A stretch of 64,000 nt of DNA from Camelus dromedarius (lineage: Eukaryota). The position numbers and the translations under genes are program-made. This document shows, one piece after another, positions 51,886 to 63,701 of the stretch (positions are counted from its first letter, which is position 1; each line of letters starts with the position of its first letter). The notes under the pieces were generated by a model. The model worked only from the letters and a program-made list of their open reading frames with translations, searched no databases and was not told the origin of the DNA. Where the stretch lies: positions 46,750,001 through 46,814,000 of the forward strand of contig NC_087436.1 of the NCBI RefSeq assembly GCF_036321535.1, given 5' to 3'.

Positions 51886-52382
51886 TGTTCTGACAATCTC
51901 TTGTTCACTTTATTGGTGAAAGAGGGATCTTCTGTCTTAAATAGAATGATATGGTAGAACACGTGACACCCATCACCAGAAAGCAGTTCATTAGTCACAT
52001 ATACTCATGGGGGGCGTGGACCCTGGATGCCATACAGGGCCACATGGGAGTTGCACTTGGGAGCAGAGTGAACCAAAGGGGCAGTGGGAGGCAGGCTTTG
52101 TGATACCAAGAGGGTGTGGTGCCTGCTGATTCCCGCGGGAGGATGTGATTGGCTTGTTTGACTAATTTAGCAAGCTGGCAGGGTGGTAAATCCCAGTGGA
52201 TTGCAGACTAGGTCAGGGGTAGCCGGTGCAGCTAATAGGAAAACTAACCAGGTTGGGAGCCGTTCCTACTAGGTCAGGGGTGAGCCTGTCTAGTGAGAGC
52301 AGGGGATATCATGTTTAGGCCTTCAAGACCCTGAGAGGCTCAAAGACGTTAAAGTAACTCTTGAAAGTTTAGGCCTCATGAT
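51886..52382 (-). mobile_element. ERVL-class LTR (MER54/MER74-like)
   Basis: ATTAGTCACATATACTCA, CAGGGCCACATGGGAGTTGCAC, GGGAGGCAGGCTTTG, GGGAGGATGTGATTGGCTTGTTTG, ending TTGAAAGTTTAGGCCTCA. Confidence 0.7.
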
Positions 52383-52399
52383 GAATTACCCAAGACCTC

Positions 52400-52575
52400 A
52401 AGTCTGTGCTCTACCATGTTCCGGCTGGATGGCCGTCAGCTAGTTATCTTCAAGCTAGTTCTCCCTGAGAAATAATGTATAGTCCTTACCCTGTAGGGCT
52501 GCAATGAGAGTGAGTGTAACGAGCTTAGCACAGTGCCTGGCCTGTAAGAAGTACCAAGGAGATGCTGGTTATTGT
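52400..52575 (+). mobile_element. MIR
   Basis: CTTACCCTGTAGGGCTGCAATGAG..GCTTAGCACAGTGCCTGGC..GCTGGTTATTG. Confidence 0.6.
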
Positions 52576-53198
52576 CTTCATCATCCCTGGAGATAGTAAC
52601 AGTGAAGGATGATTTCCTCCAATTTTGTTCATGATCGAACAGCTATTTGAGCAAGGTCTTGCTTTTAGGTTTTGGGTCATTTGGTGACCTCATCAGTCGC
52701 ATGGAAAATGCGGGCGTTGCTGTGTTCACGTCACTGCCTTGACTTCACTCGGGAGCAAATGCTTCCTCCCAGCATTCTGAGGCAGCTGAGGAAGGAAGGG
52801 GTCATCCAATGGCTTAAAAGGTTGAAGTGAAAAAACAAGTCTAGCCAAGACCTTTCTATGAAGCTGAAGATTTAGACTATTTATAAGATCTTTCCTTTTA
52901 CTGTCTAAAAGAAATTATTTTGATCAGAAATGGAAACAAAGGGATTAAAGGAATCAGCAGAGTGATTTGTAATTGGCCTCCAGACTGCACTCCTGTTTCC
53001 ATTTGTCAAGAGCAAGCTGGTGAATAAAACTGCATGGAAGGACTTTATTAGCTCTCCTCCTGCAGCCTGGGATTAGACGAATACTTTAACCTTGACACAT
53101 TCATTTTGTGATCACAAAGCCCTTCGCCTATCGGTCTATTTTCCCCTTTTCATATCACCCTGATCCTGGCAGAAGCTCTTAAAATGATCAGAGAATGG

Positions 53199-53272
53199 TT
53201 CTGTCTCTCTCTCTCTCTCTCTGTTTCTGTCTTTCTCTCTCTCTCTGTTTCTGTCTCTCTCCTCCTCCTCCT
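53199..53272. repeat. (CT)n/(CTC)n compound microsatellite
   Basis: Direct read. Confidence 0.9.
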
Positions 53273-55224
53273 TATCTTTCCCCAAATGTACTCACAACTC
53301 TTTATTAAGACAAAGAAAAACAAACCCTCCAGGATGTGGGTGTGACAATATTTTTGACACACATTCTAGAAGGCCTCTAAGGGGAACATGAGCATTGCCC
53401 TCGATGAAGAGTCAAGGCATATAGGATTGATTTCCAAAAAGAAGTTTGTTGAAATGAAACGGTTTCCAGGGAAAGCACAAAAGAGCAGGTAAGATAAATA
53501 GCAAGTACATTTAGCCATCAACTAATCTGCAAGGAACAACAGAAACAGGGAAGCTGTATGTCAGAAAAATACACATAAGACATTTCATCCAAATGGTGAT
53601 TATGAAGAGGATAGATAATCTTGCTGTAAGAGTCCACTTGAAATTGGTGTGGGGTGGTATGTGTATACATCTCTGAGGTTCAAGTGTAAAACTGACCCGT
53701 GTATGTGTTAAAGCGAAATCTTCATCAGAGTCAAATGTTAATTGTAAAACATTTGACTAGTCTCCCAAAGACACAACTATCTTTGTTGTTTGATAGGTGG
53801 AGAAATCTACCCACTGTACACCCATTTATTATAATTATGGACTTTGCTTTACTTTTTTCTTTATCCAGCAACATTTTTGACTTGTTTTAGATTAAAGTGT
53901 ATGTCCCGTTAATTATGGCGTTTAGTTCTCAGCTTGTAATTGGTATCTGGTGCTCCTCACTCGTACAGCTCTTAGTGTCGCTGCTTCAAGGTGGGGGGGG
54001 GGTGCTGATGAATTTGCCTGAGGCAAACTACAATGGAAAGTACCGGCTTTCTTAAATAATTTCAGTTATTTCTTGTAGCTTCCATAATTCGTGATTGTTC
54101 CAGCGTAGTGGGTGGGAGTGGTGAAAGGTAGGTAGTACATCTGATTACCTTCTAGTCAGAGGGACCAAGATAGGGGCTGTCTATTACTGGCAGGGCTGTG
54201 CGCCAAAATGTAATCAAATAGGAAACTGGGTGCCAATGGTAATTTTTTGAAATGTGCTTTTATGACATCCTCCACAAAGATGAAAGCAGTGTTCCCTAAA
54301 ACAAACAAATAGCACTGGACTTGGGCTGAAGCTCTGATATGAAATTTATTTATGTTTCACCGAACCCGACTTGAAAGTAATTGTACATGATTTGAGACTT
54401 TTAATTGTTCTTGTTGTTTCTCTCTGCAAATAAGGAAATCCTGGCTTTCTGTAAAAAACTCTAGATCCTGGCTATTGGTTTCTTTTCAAGGTTCTGCCAC
54501 ACTAATTGCTTTCTGTTTGATTCTGTGCCCTTCTGAAATTGAAGGTTGCCTCGAGGCAGGAGAAAAGCTGTGGTGGTGACTTGTGGGTTTGGGGACTGGG
54601 GGAACCCACAGCTGTGGCTGCAAGCCAGTCTCATTATCCCACAGCTCGGCGGGGCAGACCAGGGGGCGCGTTTTACTCCTTCAGATCTGAGCCTATGACT
54701 GGAAGGGTTAGAATCTCAAAGCTTTCTCATTGCATTATTTATCATTTCTGACTGATAACAGCACCACTTTCTTCTAGGAACCAAACACTGGTCATTATGG
54801 TTTTGTTTTAATGTGGTATTTGGTGTTGTATTTCACTGTTCTTCAACCGCAGATTTACAAACTGGGAAGATATGAAAGGATCTGTGTCTCACAGGAAATA
54901 GACATTTCACTTCTTTTCAACAATAATCTGATATTAATGCTTCTACGCCAACATATTCCTAGTATTACTATATGATTGCCTCCTTTAAATCTGTCTAAAC
55001 TGCAGTGGTGAAAGTTGAAGTGACTTTATTAGTGTCTGAGAACATGTATGTGTTCAGTGAAGTCAGAAACCATTTCATCTGTGTGTGACCCGACGTTTTT
55101 GTAAATGGAGTTTCAAAAACATAAATTCAAAATATTAATAAGTGAATTGCTTAATTATCCAGAAAGGTTTACTCTCTGGGGTATACAGGCATCCCTGCTG
55201 AATGAAAACTTTACACAAAGTGAT

Positions 55225-55432
55225 AGTTAACAGGAAGGGCTGTGGGTCAGACTGCCTGGATTCAAATCTGTCACTCACCAGTGAGGAAGCTCTGTCTTCT
55301 CTGTGCTTCAGTTTCTCCTACGTCACCTGAGGGGTTTAATGGTACCTGGGACTTAGAGTTGCTAACATGTGCCTAGTGCTTAGAACCATGCCGATCATCT
55401 GAGGGTGACTTAATAAATGCCAACTGCTATTA
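55225..55432 (+). mobile_element. MIR
   Basis: GTCAGACTGCCTGGATTCAAATC..TCTCTGTGCTTCAGTTTCTCC..GTGCTTAGAAC..TAATAAATG..GCTATTATT. Confidence 0.75.
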
Positions 55433-55571
55433 TTTTCCTCAAATGTATTAGTACTTTAAAAATTGTACCCATTAAATATAATTTGGCCTTCTCCTGCACA
55501 CTCTGGGTCATCACTGGGGACTTCAGTGATGACAAAGTGATGCCGTCTGGGTCCTAGGTGATCTAACCTCC

Positions 55572-55590
55572 TGCCCTCCAGGTGGCGCTG
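55572..55590 (+). promoter_or_regulatory. Candidate CTCF binding site
   Basis: TGCCCTCCAGGTGGCGCTG closely matches CTCF consensus TGGCCACCAGGGGGCGCTA. Confidence 0.65.
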
Positions 55591-55954
55591 CTGTAGCCTT
55601 AAGCCATTAGCGGGAGTTTTCCTACTGTCCCCACTGCCCACCCATCACTTTGTAGGCCTGTTGGATTTTTATCTTTGTCTTCTCCTTCACAGCTTGCTCT
55701 GTTGTCTGCCCTCAGTGCTCCCCTCCCACCCACTCCCAGCCAGTTAAACCACAAGTCTCCCACCCATGCTTCTCTTTCATCATAGTCATCCGACTTACAA
55801 TGATCTGAGTTGGTCTTTTCCCCACTAGCCCGCAAATTCCTTGAGTCCGGGACCCACGTGCCCATCTTACGCCAAGCTCTTCCCGAGGGCTTGGAGGGCA
55901 CTGTCCCTGAGAGCTGCTCGCAGGGGGCCTACTCCACTCACAAGCATGTGCTTC

Positions 55955-57350
55955 AGGGCAAACTCTCTGGGTTCAGATTCTGGCTTTACAGTTTTGTGGG
56001 CCTGTGTGATGGTTAGGTTACTCAAACTCTCCAGTTTAAAGCTGTAGTGGCCTCATTAATAAAAAAGATGCTGACTTCCCCAGGACTGTTGTGGAGATTA
56101 AGTGAGGTGAGCTAAGTGGAAGGCCTAACACACACTAAGCGCTCAGTAAAAGTTGGCAGTTATTGTAATTGTGGCTAAGCTGAGAAAGTAACCCACAACC
56201 TTCATCTGTGTACTGCCCCCAGCCTCTGTTGTAGAGGTGGTGGAAAATATTGCAGGACACTAACGTGATCAAGAGAAAGGAGTTAAAGAGACCGGAAGTC
56301 TTCAGTGTGATGTTGTGGCATTACAAATAGGACAAAGCAGGGAGTTGAAACAGCTATTCTGTTTTTTCAAATTAAAACTAAATGTAATTCTTTAACTCTG
56401 AAAGCAGCATGTTTCACATTCCAAAGGGCATCTGATAACTTCATTTTACCCTCACATTAAACTTCTTCAGTGAGCTATATGACCTATTTGTCTGTATGGC
56501 CCAAATTCATTAGTTAATTGCAGGTGTGGTCCCAATGGTTCCAATGACCATTCTGACTGTAAATTTAAACGAAACCATTCCCTGGGTTCTCTCTGCACAG
56601 TGGTGTGATCTAAGCAAATAGTTTTTGTCTCCAGGCCACGTTGGTCACGGTCATTCTACACTGGTCCTAGGTCATAGACTTACAGACCCCTAGATCTGGA
56701 GGGAGTCTCAGGGACCACCTAGTTCAGCCTTTTCGTTTTTACAGGTGAAGGTGGGGAGGCCTAAAGGAGTTAAGCTACTCGTCTAAGACCATAGAGCTGA
56801 TTACTGGTCACGGGGCCAGAAGACTCTGCCAACTGTTAGTTGCTGAGTTAAGATTTGGGAGAGTGCAGGTCCTCTGACTTACGTGTAAGCACACTTCTCA
56901 CTAAATTTTCTAGTTTGATTACAGGTATTAATTTTTTTTAATGTGCTTATGGAATGAGCAGTAAATCGGGGATCAGGAAGCCTGGCTTTTCTGATTCTCT
57001 TCCGCATAAGTTTGGGGAACAACACTTATTCCCCAGTTTTTGTCTGTAAAAAGGGAGCATGCGATGCCTGCCCTGTCACCTTAGCAGGGTTGCTGTAGGA
57101 TCAGATGAGCTAATAAAGGAGAAATTTCTTTGAAAGAAAGACCAAATGGACCCTTGTGAGAGCAGGGCTCTAGGGTCAAAACATACTTGCCACAAACCCC
57201 AGCTCTACCATATGTTGACCCTTGGTCAGTGCAGTTCATAAATGAGAATAAAGCTTATCAATTTATTAAATCTGCTGGAAGATTTAAGGAAATGGTATAT
57301 AAAGTTCCTGACACAAGGTAGACTCTCAAAAAAATGGTAGCTATTATCAA
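55955..57350. mobile_element. Cluster of MIR fragments (~55955-56170 +, ~56675-56810 -, ~56965-57120 +, ~57150-57350 +)
   Basis: MIR core and tail signatures such as CTGGGTTCAGATTCTGGCT, GTTGTGGAGATTAAGTGAG, TTTTACAGGTGAAG, GGGTTGCTGTAGGATCAGATGAG, CCCCAGCTCTACCA. Confidence 0.65.
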
Positions 57351-57802
57351 ATCTTTAAGATACTTGGCAGAAACAATGGATCACAATCTACTCTGTATTA
57401 TAGGGAGATGAGGCCTCATCCTGTCCATCACTGCCCCCATCTTGTGGATTTCAGTGTCTGGGCTCCTTGTGTATCTTCAGCACTGAGAACTGAACACAGT
57501 CGCTGCTAGAGATGCATGATGCATTCATGTCAAGCTGAACTGAATGAACCCAAAGTGTGTTTATACTTATAAAATGACTTGGGAGAAACCTTCACTGTAG
57601 AATTTATGAAGAAAAATGAAGGGGTGTTTCGAAAATCAGTTCTGAACTTATTCAGGTTGTTTTCAAAACAATGAACTCATCCACGTATCCAAATTAAACA
57701 CCTAATAAACACTGTGTATGGGGAGATAAAGTCCAAATCACAGACCAAGAGGAACTTCGTGCCTTCAAATGGCCTTGGGCCAGGTTGTCCCCTTCATACA
57801 CA

Positions 57803-57803
<1 letters not shown>

Positions 57804-57850
<47 letters not shown>
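57804..57850. repeat. (TG)23 microsatellite
   Basis: Direct read, uninterrupted. Confidence 0.97.
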
Positions 57851-57853
<3 letters not shown>

Positions 57854-58758
57854 CACCTCAAAGAGCCATGTGGAGGCCTCCACAGCATGAGTGCATGGGG
57901 CTGAGGCTTACTGGGGAGAATGGAACCGCCACGTGCAGACTGTGCCCCACATGGGGAGCAGGAAGGGCGCCCAGTGGCTCTTGTGCCTTCCTCCAGTTCC
58001 ACTTCTCCATTTATGGGGAAGTAGAGGGATTGGAAAATTAAGCTGATGCATAGTGGCACACATAAATTCATAGAGTCCTCATTAGAAAGTAAAACCGCAG
58101 GGTGGGAGTGATCAAAATAAATTGTATTGTCATAAAGCAATTAAGAGAAAATCAGGCAATCATAAGGTGATAAAAGCCTATTAGTTAAAGGGCCTGAAAA
58201 ACACAGCGGGTTGTAAAAAACTAAATTTTCACACAGAAAAAATTGCGAATACATGCAATTGTCTCTCTGTGGCAAAGAGTCAGATTGCTGATGTGTGTCA
58301 AGAGTTAAAATAAAAGCCTTGAAAATGTGAGGTGCAATTTTATATCTCATCTGTGCTCAAATTTGAGGATTTCTGTCCTTTAAATTCTTTTCCTTTCTTC
58401 ACAATAATCTTACCAGTTTTGTTCTTTAAGAATAAGAAGATACTTTTTTTTTCAAATGACATGTAAGAGGATGCAGTGAATTTCACAAAGATTTCCAATT
58501 TTAACTCACTGAGACCATCCTAGAATTAGAGTCTTCAGACGTTGAGAGAATCTTATTCTAATGCCATTATTTGGAAATGAAGAAACTGAGGTTTGAGGAG
58601 ATTAAAGCCAAGTTTGCACTTGGCTACAGGGTTAGTTAATGGGAGCAGATCTGATTCTAGAGACCAGGTCACTCCTCTCTTTCCCACCTCAGGGCTCTTT
58701 CCACTGGGCTTCCTGGCTTTTTGCTATGATGTTAGGTCTTGAAACATCTGGTCTATAT

Positions 58759-58975
58759 CAGAGGTCAGCAAACTTGTTCTGTAGAGGGACAGATAGTAAA
58801 TATTTCTGGCTTTGCAAGCCACAGGATCTTTCTTGCAGCTACTCAACGTCTGTGGTTGTAGTTTAAAAGCAGCTATAGAGATACTTAAACGAATGAGAAT
58901 GCCCGCATTCCAGTGAGCTTGTTTGCAACAACAGGCGCCAGATTTGGCCTGCAGGGGGTAGTTTGCGGACCCCTG
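58759..58975 (+). mobile_element. MER58A (hAT-Charlie) MITE
   Basis: CAGAGGTCAGCAAAC..CAGATAGTAAATATTT..GCAGCTACTCAAC..AAAGCAGCTATAGA..GATTTGGCC..TAGTTTGCGGACCCCTG. Confidence 0.9.
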
Positions 58976-59346
58976 GTCTGCAACATTTTTTTCCCATAAT
59001 CATTAAGGAGCCCTTAAAATAACCTAAATCAACATTTCTAGATATCATAAGGATGTTTCTAATGGGAAAACTGACCTGTTCCCTCAGTCAGGTGTGTATT
59101 TTTTTCTGAGCACTACTCTAGATTCTCGGAGGCCATACTCAGTGAGCCCAGTCCTTAGTACTACAGTGGCAGAAGCCCCAATCTTGCATTAATCTTACTC
59201 CTTTCTTCCCATTTCTATAGCGGGTGTTCCTGCGATGCAGTCTGGTGTCAGTACACAATGACCTTGCAGTCGAGGTTGAAAACCACTGTTTTAGCAGAAC
59301 TTCTGGAGGCACCAGCTGTCCTGCTACACACCCTGTTGTCACCGCA

Positions 59347-59447
59347 CTTCTCTCTCTCTCTTTTCTTTTTTGTTAATGAAGGTACTGGGAATTGCACCCA
59401 GGACCTCGTGCATGCTAAGCACATGCTCTACCACTGAGCTATACCCC
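59347..59447 (-). mobile_element. tRNA-derived SINE (camelid Vic-1-like)
   Basis: GGTACTGGGAATTGCACCCAGGACCTCGTGCATGCTAAGCACATGCTCTACCACTGAGCTATACCCC, flanked by CACCGCA repeats. Confidence 0.9.
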
Positions 59448-60246
59448 CACCGCAAACCTCTTTCTCTTAAATGTGCAGAAATCTTATGGGAACCCAGTCT
59501 GTGATTTAGGTCACACTAACTTAGTATTCAAAACTTGGATTTTTTTTTTTTTGGTCCTTTCTGTTATGTTAATCCTTCAAACCCAAAAAGCAATATATCA
59601 GAGAGAATTATTTATAGTTCTTAAAAGGGCCACTTCAATGCCCAGATCCCATGGGTTTGTCTCCATAGGGAAATGGCTGTGGTATTTTTGAAGAGTCTGG
59701 TAGGAATTTCAACAGAATGAAAAGTACATTGAGTATTAGTGGAATCGAAGCAATTCCCCGGTGGAATGCTATTGTTGACGCCACACTGCATCAGTCAGTC
59801 TTTCCAGACGTAGATAGGACACACTGTAGCCAGTTTAAGCAGAAAATTAAATTATGAAGGGACAGGTTGCAGATAGGAGTTGTGCCCACACTTGGTCATG
59901 TGATTGCTTCTATGAAGCCCCTGCTGCTGCCATTGGAGGGCCAGACAGGGCGGTTCACACTGAGGATCTGCCCAGCTTTCCGTGGTGCCTTCACCACCAA
60001 CTTTGCTAAATGATGTCCTTTCTCAATGTGCTCTTTTCTGAGTGGAAATCTTAACATTGTTTAAAATTATGCACAACAGCAAGCATGGCTGGGAAACTGA
60101 GTAACTTTTTCAAAACTGGGGAAGACATATAAAAAATTTCTGAAACATAGGAAGAATGTTTAAAAGTTATAGAATGGCCTCAAAGAATGACAAACGCCCT
60201 TTTGTGCTCTTTTCCTTATCAGAGGTACCCTTGTATGCAACCATTC

Positions 60247-60412
60247 CTTTTTTTCTTTTTTAACTTTTACCTATTTATTTTTATTTGGGGGGAGATAGTT
60301 ATTTTTACTTATTTTCACTTATTTATCTAAATGTAGGCACTGGGAATTGAACCCAGGACCTCGTGCATGCTGAGCATGCACTCTACCACTGAGCTATACC
60401 CTCCCCCGCCCC
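60247..60412 (-). mobile_element. tRNA-derived SINE (camelid Vic-1-like)
   Basis: GGAATTGAACCCAGGACCTCGTGCATGCTGAGCATGCACTCTACCACTGAGCTATACCCTCCCC; TSD CAACCATTC at 60238 and 60413. Confidence 0.92.
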
Positions 60413-62089
60413 CAACCATTCTTAATAAAAACTAACTGGAAAAGACCTGTTGTCCATCATCTGTATGTTTATGTGAATTCAAAACTCTGGCATTATCGCT
60501 CCCTGGAACTTGCGCCCTTTGTCTCTTCTTTAATAATGGGGTGGAAGAAAGGCTTTCTTCTCTGCTATTCTTGTTCTCAGAGCTGTTGGTGGGGAGCAGG
60601 CGATAAATGGGTGTATAAAGAGAAAGAACTCCCCTCTTAACTCTATCCAAAAAAAATCAACCCAGGGAGAATTAGTTCCCTGTCACCCACACACTCTCAT
60701 TTACACACAAGGTGCCCCTCAAGTCCGGAGTTGGACTTCGCAATTAAAAAGTTTACCAACTACTTGAAGCAAATTTTGAAAGACCTCCATTAAAATATGA
60801 GCAGAAAGATTAGCATTTTGAGGAAAGGCTGGTAAGAGAGTGCTGAGAACATAGGAAAACGTTTTTCAAAAAGGACAATAGATTTTACGGAGATGCTGGC
60901 ACTCTTTCTATCAAGGACAGGAAAAAGGGGGATTTTTTTTTTAACTATAGAGTAACAGGAGGGGTTTTATTTAGACCAAAGGAACAGCTCCCCCGCAGCC
61001 GCCCTCAGGACACTCAGCCATTCCCCTGGCCCTTCAGTAGAGGCAATTCTCATCTGACACAGATGGCTTCCAGGAGGACTTGCCTAGAGGCAATATAATG
61101 ACCCAAATAATCTCTCCAAGTCTCTTGCAGGTTTTGATGCTGTGAAAAACTTTTTTCCAGTCCTCCAGTGGAAACCAAATTAGTGTCTTCAAGCACACTG
61201 GTGAAGTTTATACAGTCAAATGAAGCCTCTGGGTACTTAGTGGAATAAGTAAGTAGATGCATATCTGAGAACCTGCCTGCCCAGTGATCCAGCCTCGCCC
61301 TCTCCCCGCAGCACGATCAATTTGCATTCATCTGCTCCCCTGTCCTCGTACCCAGGGCAGCCCTTGGCTTCTTGAAAAGGAGTGAAAAGTCTAAAACACA
61401 GACTTCAAAGACAAAGGGAAGTATACTTTAGCATTTTTATATCATTAAACTGGGACCAATTATGATAGGTCAAAAACACGATAAGCATTGGTCCGGACGT
61501 CTTCCAGAAAGGCTGAGGAAGGAGTGGCTTTAGTGCAAAGCACAATGTAATTAAATGTGTGCTGACTGCTGTCGGTGCACATTCAGTTCTGTCTGCACCC
61601 AGGAGAGAGTTGTCTGTTGCGGGCATTTGGTTGATGCTGAACCAGTTTCACTGGAGGAAGAAAAGTTGCATGTGGATGCACTGACTGTGTTATCAAGCTA
61701 TGTAAAGATGTTACCACTTCTCGAACTTCCCAGTTCCATTCTGTCCCTTGCTGTTGGAATCCTGTCGTACATGCCAAAGAAGGATTGGAGTATATAAAAC
61801 AGGGGGCCCAAGGAAACATTTCAAAGGTTGTATTTGTTTCCACTCAAATTATTGAGAAATAAATGAATGGAAATAAAAATATCTTGATATCAACATCTAG
61901 CATTTATTTACCAACCAGGCACTGTAAACACATCATCTCAATTTTATCTGCATAAAATGCATATGAAGTACCTATCATTGAGGAAAATGAAGTTCAGAGA
62001 TGTCAGGGAGTTTGTTCATGGCTAAAAACTGGATTTACCCATAATCTTTCTGCTAAACTTTGGCAGGCTTTGCTGCAGTCAGCAGCTGT

Positions 62090-62552
62090 CCAGTGTTATG
62101 TTGAACGCAGTTGGTGCCTGTCACATCTTGGCCTTACCACCTCAGTGCATACTGCCCAGCTTCTGAGTTGGCAGTTCTTCACCCAAAGACTTTGTCTGTT
62201 TGACCTTGGAGTTCATTGTGCTCCTGTAGCAGGGCCAAAGTGTCCGTGCATGAGTGCTCCACTCCTACCCAAGAAGTTGTCAACCAGTGACTGAGAGGAG
62301 CTGCTCTACAAGTGTCCCAGTTCCCTCATCCTTCAGGTGGGACCACTTCTACACCAGCACGGAGGTCCTCAGCAAAAGTAAGCTTCTATTATCCATAGCA
62401 GGAAATTGCTCAATAACAAAAGATTCCTTCCTTCCCTCTCTCATTTCCCCACTTTTCTACCAGTGTTTCCCAGCATCACTATCCAAGTAAACTACTTGCA
62501 CTTGGATCCTTGTCTCAGGATTATCTCCAGAGGAACTCAGATACCTAAGACA
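62090..62552 (+). mobile_element. LTR16-type (ERVL) LTR
   Basis: 3' end TAAACTACTTGCACTTGGATCCTTGTCTCAGG..CTAAGACA; 5' boundary approximate. Confidence 0.75.
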
Positions 62553-62611
62553 GTTGGATGCATGCCTTGCTACTCATAAATGGAGGTTGGGCTGAGGTAA
62601 CTTGGTGGTTT

Positions 62612-63102
62612 GGATACAGGAAAATGGGGTGTGAATGGATGGTCGTGTCCCTGGTCTTGGTTGAGTCCCTGGGATGTACCCCACCAAGTGAGGGTCCTTG
62701 GCTTTGTGCAGGAAAGAATTCAAGAGTGAGCCATGGTGGAGTGAAGGTATATTTATTTAGAGAGATACATACTGCATGGACAGTGCAGGCCATCTCAGAA
62801 GGCAAGAGAGAGCCACCACCAGGTGCAGGGTTGTTAGTTTTTATGGGCTCAGAAACTTCATAGGCTAACAAGTGGAAGGATTATTCCAGCTACTTTGGGG
62901 AAGGGGGTGGGATTCCCAGGAATTGGGCCACCAGCCACTTTTTGACCTTTTATGGTTGGCATGCTAATACATTACAATGAGCGTAGAATGAAGCTCAAGG
63001 TCCACTGAGAGATGGCTCTTCTGCCATCTTGGTAGCACAGCACTGACAGTTACTGTGTCATTCTTTTAATGGTTGTGTCCTGCCTCCTTCCCTCCTGTCT
63101 CA
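62612..63102 (-). mobile_element. ERV1-class solo LTR inserted into an MLT1H
   Basis: Minus strand starts TGAGACAGGAG; AATAAA (TTTATT at ~62752) followed by ..CTCTTGAATTCTTTCCTGC..AAAGCCAAGGACCC; 4-bp TSD GTTT at 62608-62611 and 63103-63106. Confidence 0.85.
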
Positions 63103-63343
63103 GTTTGATGGCAAAATGGCCCCAATTCTCCAGCCCTCTCTGTATCCATACCCTTTGCAATGTGAGTTTTGAGCTCCTCCCCTCAAGAGATGGAGTATAT
63201 TTCTCCATCTCTTGCACCTGTGCTGGACTTGAAACATGCTTTGGCCAACAGAGTGAGGCGGAAGTGACCATGTGCTGGTGTTGAGCCTAAGCGCCATGAG
63301 GCTTTGTGTGCTTCTGCTCTTCTCTTTCTGTCTCTGTCACACA

Positions 63344-63374
<31 letters not shown>

Positions 63375-63701
63375 GTGCTCACTTGCTCTCTCTCTCTCTC
63401 TCTCTCTCAGATGTCTACTACCTCCTTATAAACAAGTCTAGGCTGGTGCTGGGGGACGAGGTAACCCTGGAGGAGAGCTCCTCAGAGGCTGAAGCCATCA
63501 GGGAGTAGCCAGGCCTGGCTGATGCACCTGTCGGCTTCAGGTACGTGAGCAATGTCCAGCCACTGCCAGCCAGGTCTGGCCCAGATCAGCATAACCACCC
63601 AGCAGACCCAGAGACTTAGGGGCAAAAATCAATATTTAGGCTGTATGCCACTCACTGCTGTTTGCTGTGCAGCACGCTTGCGGCAACAGGGCACTGGTGC
63701 A
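63103..63701 (+). mobile_element. MLT1H-type LTR (first ~10 bp displaced to ~62602-62611)
   Basis: AAAATGGCCCCAATTCTCCAGCCCTCTCTGTATCCATACCCTTTGCAATGTGA..GCTCCTCCCCTCAAGAGATGGAG..TGCTTTGGCCAACAGAG..GGAAGTGAC. Confidence 0.85.
63338..63408. repeat. (CA)n(CG)8..(CT)n compound microsatellite
   Basis: Direct read. Confidence 0.95.

Noticed and set aside
61555..61797. Protein-looking ORF (..HLVDAEPVSLEEEKLHVDAL..)
   Set aside because: Not recognisable, weak donor site, no partner exons
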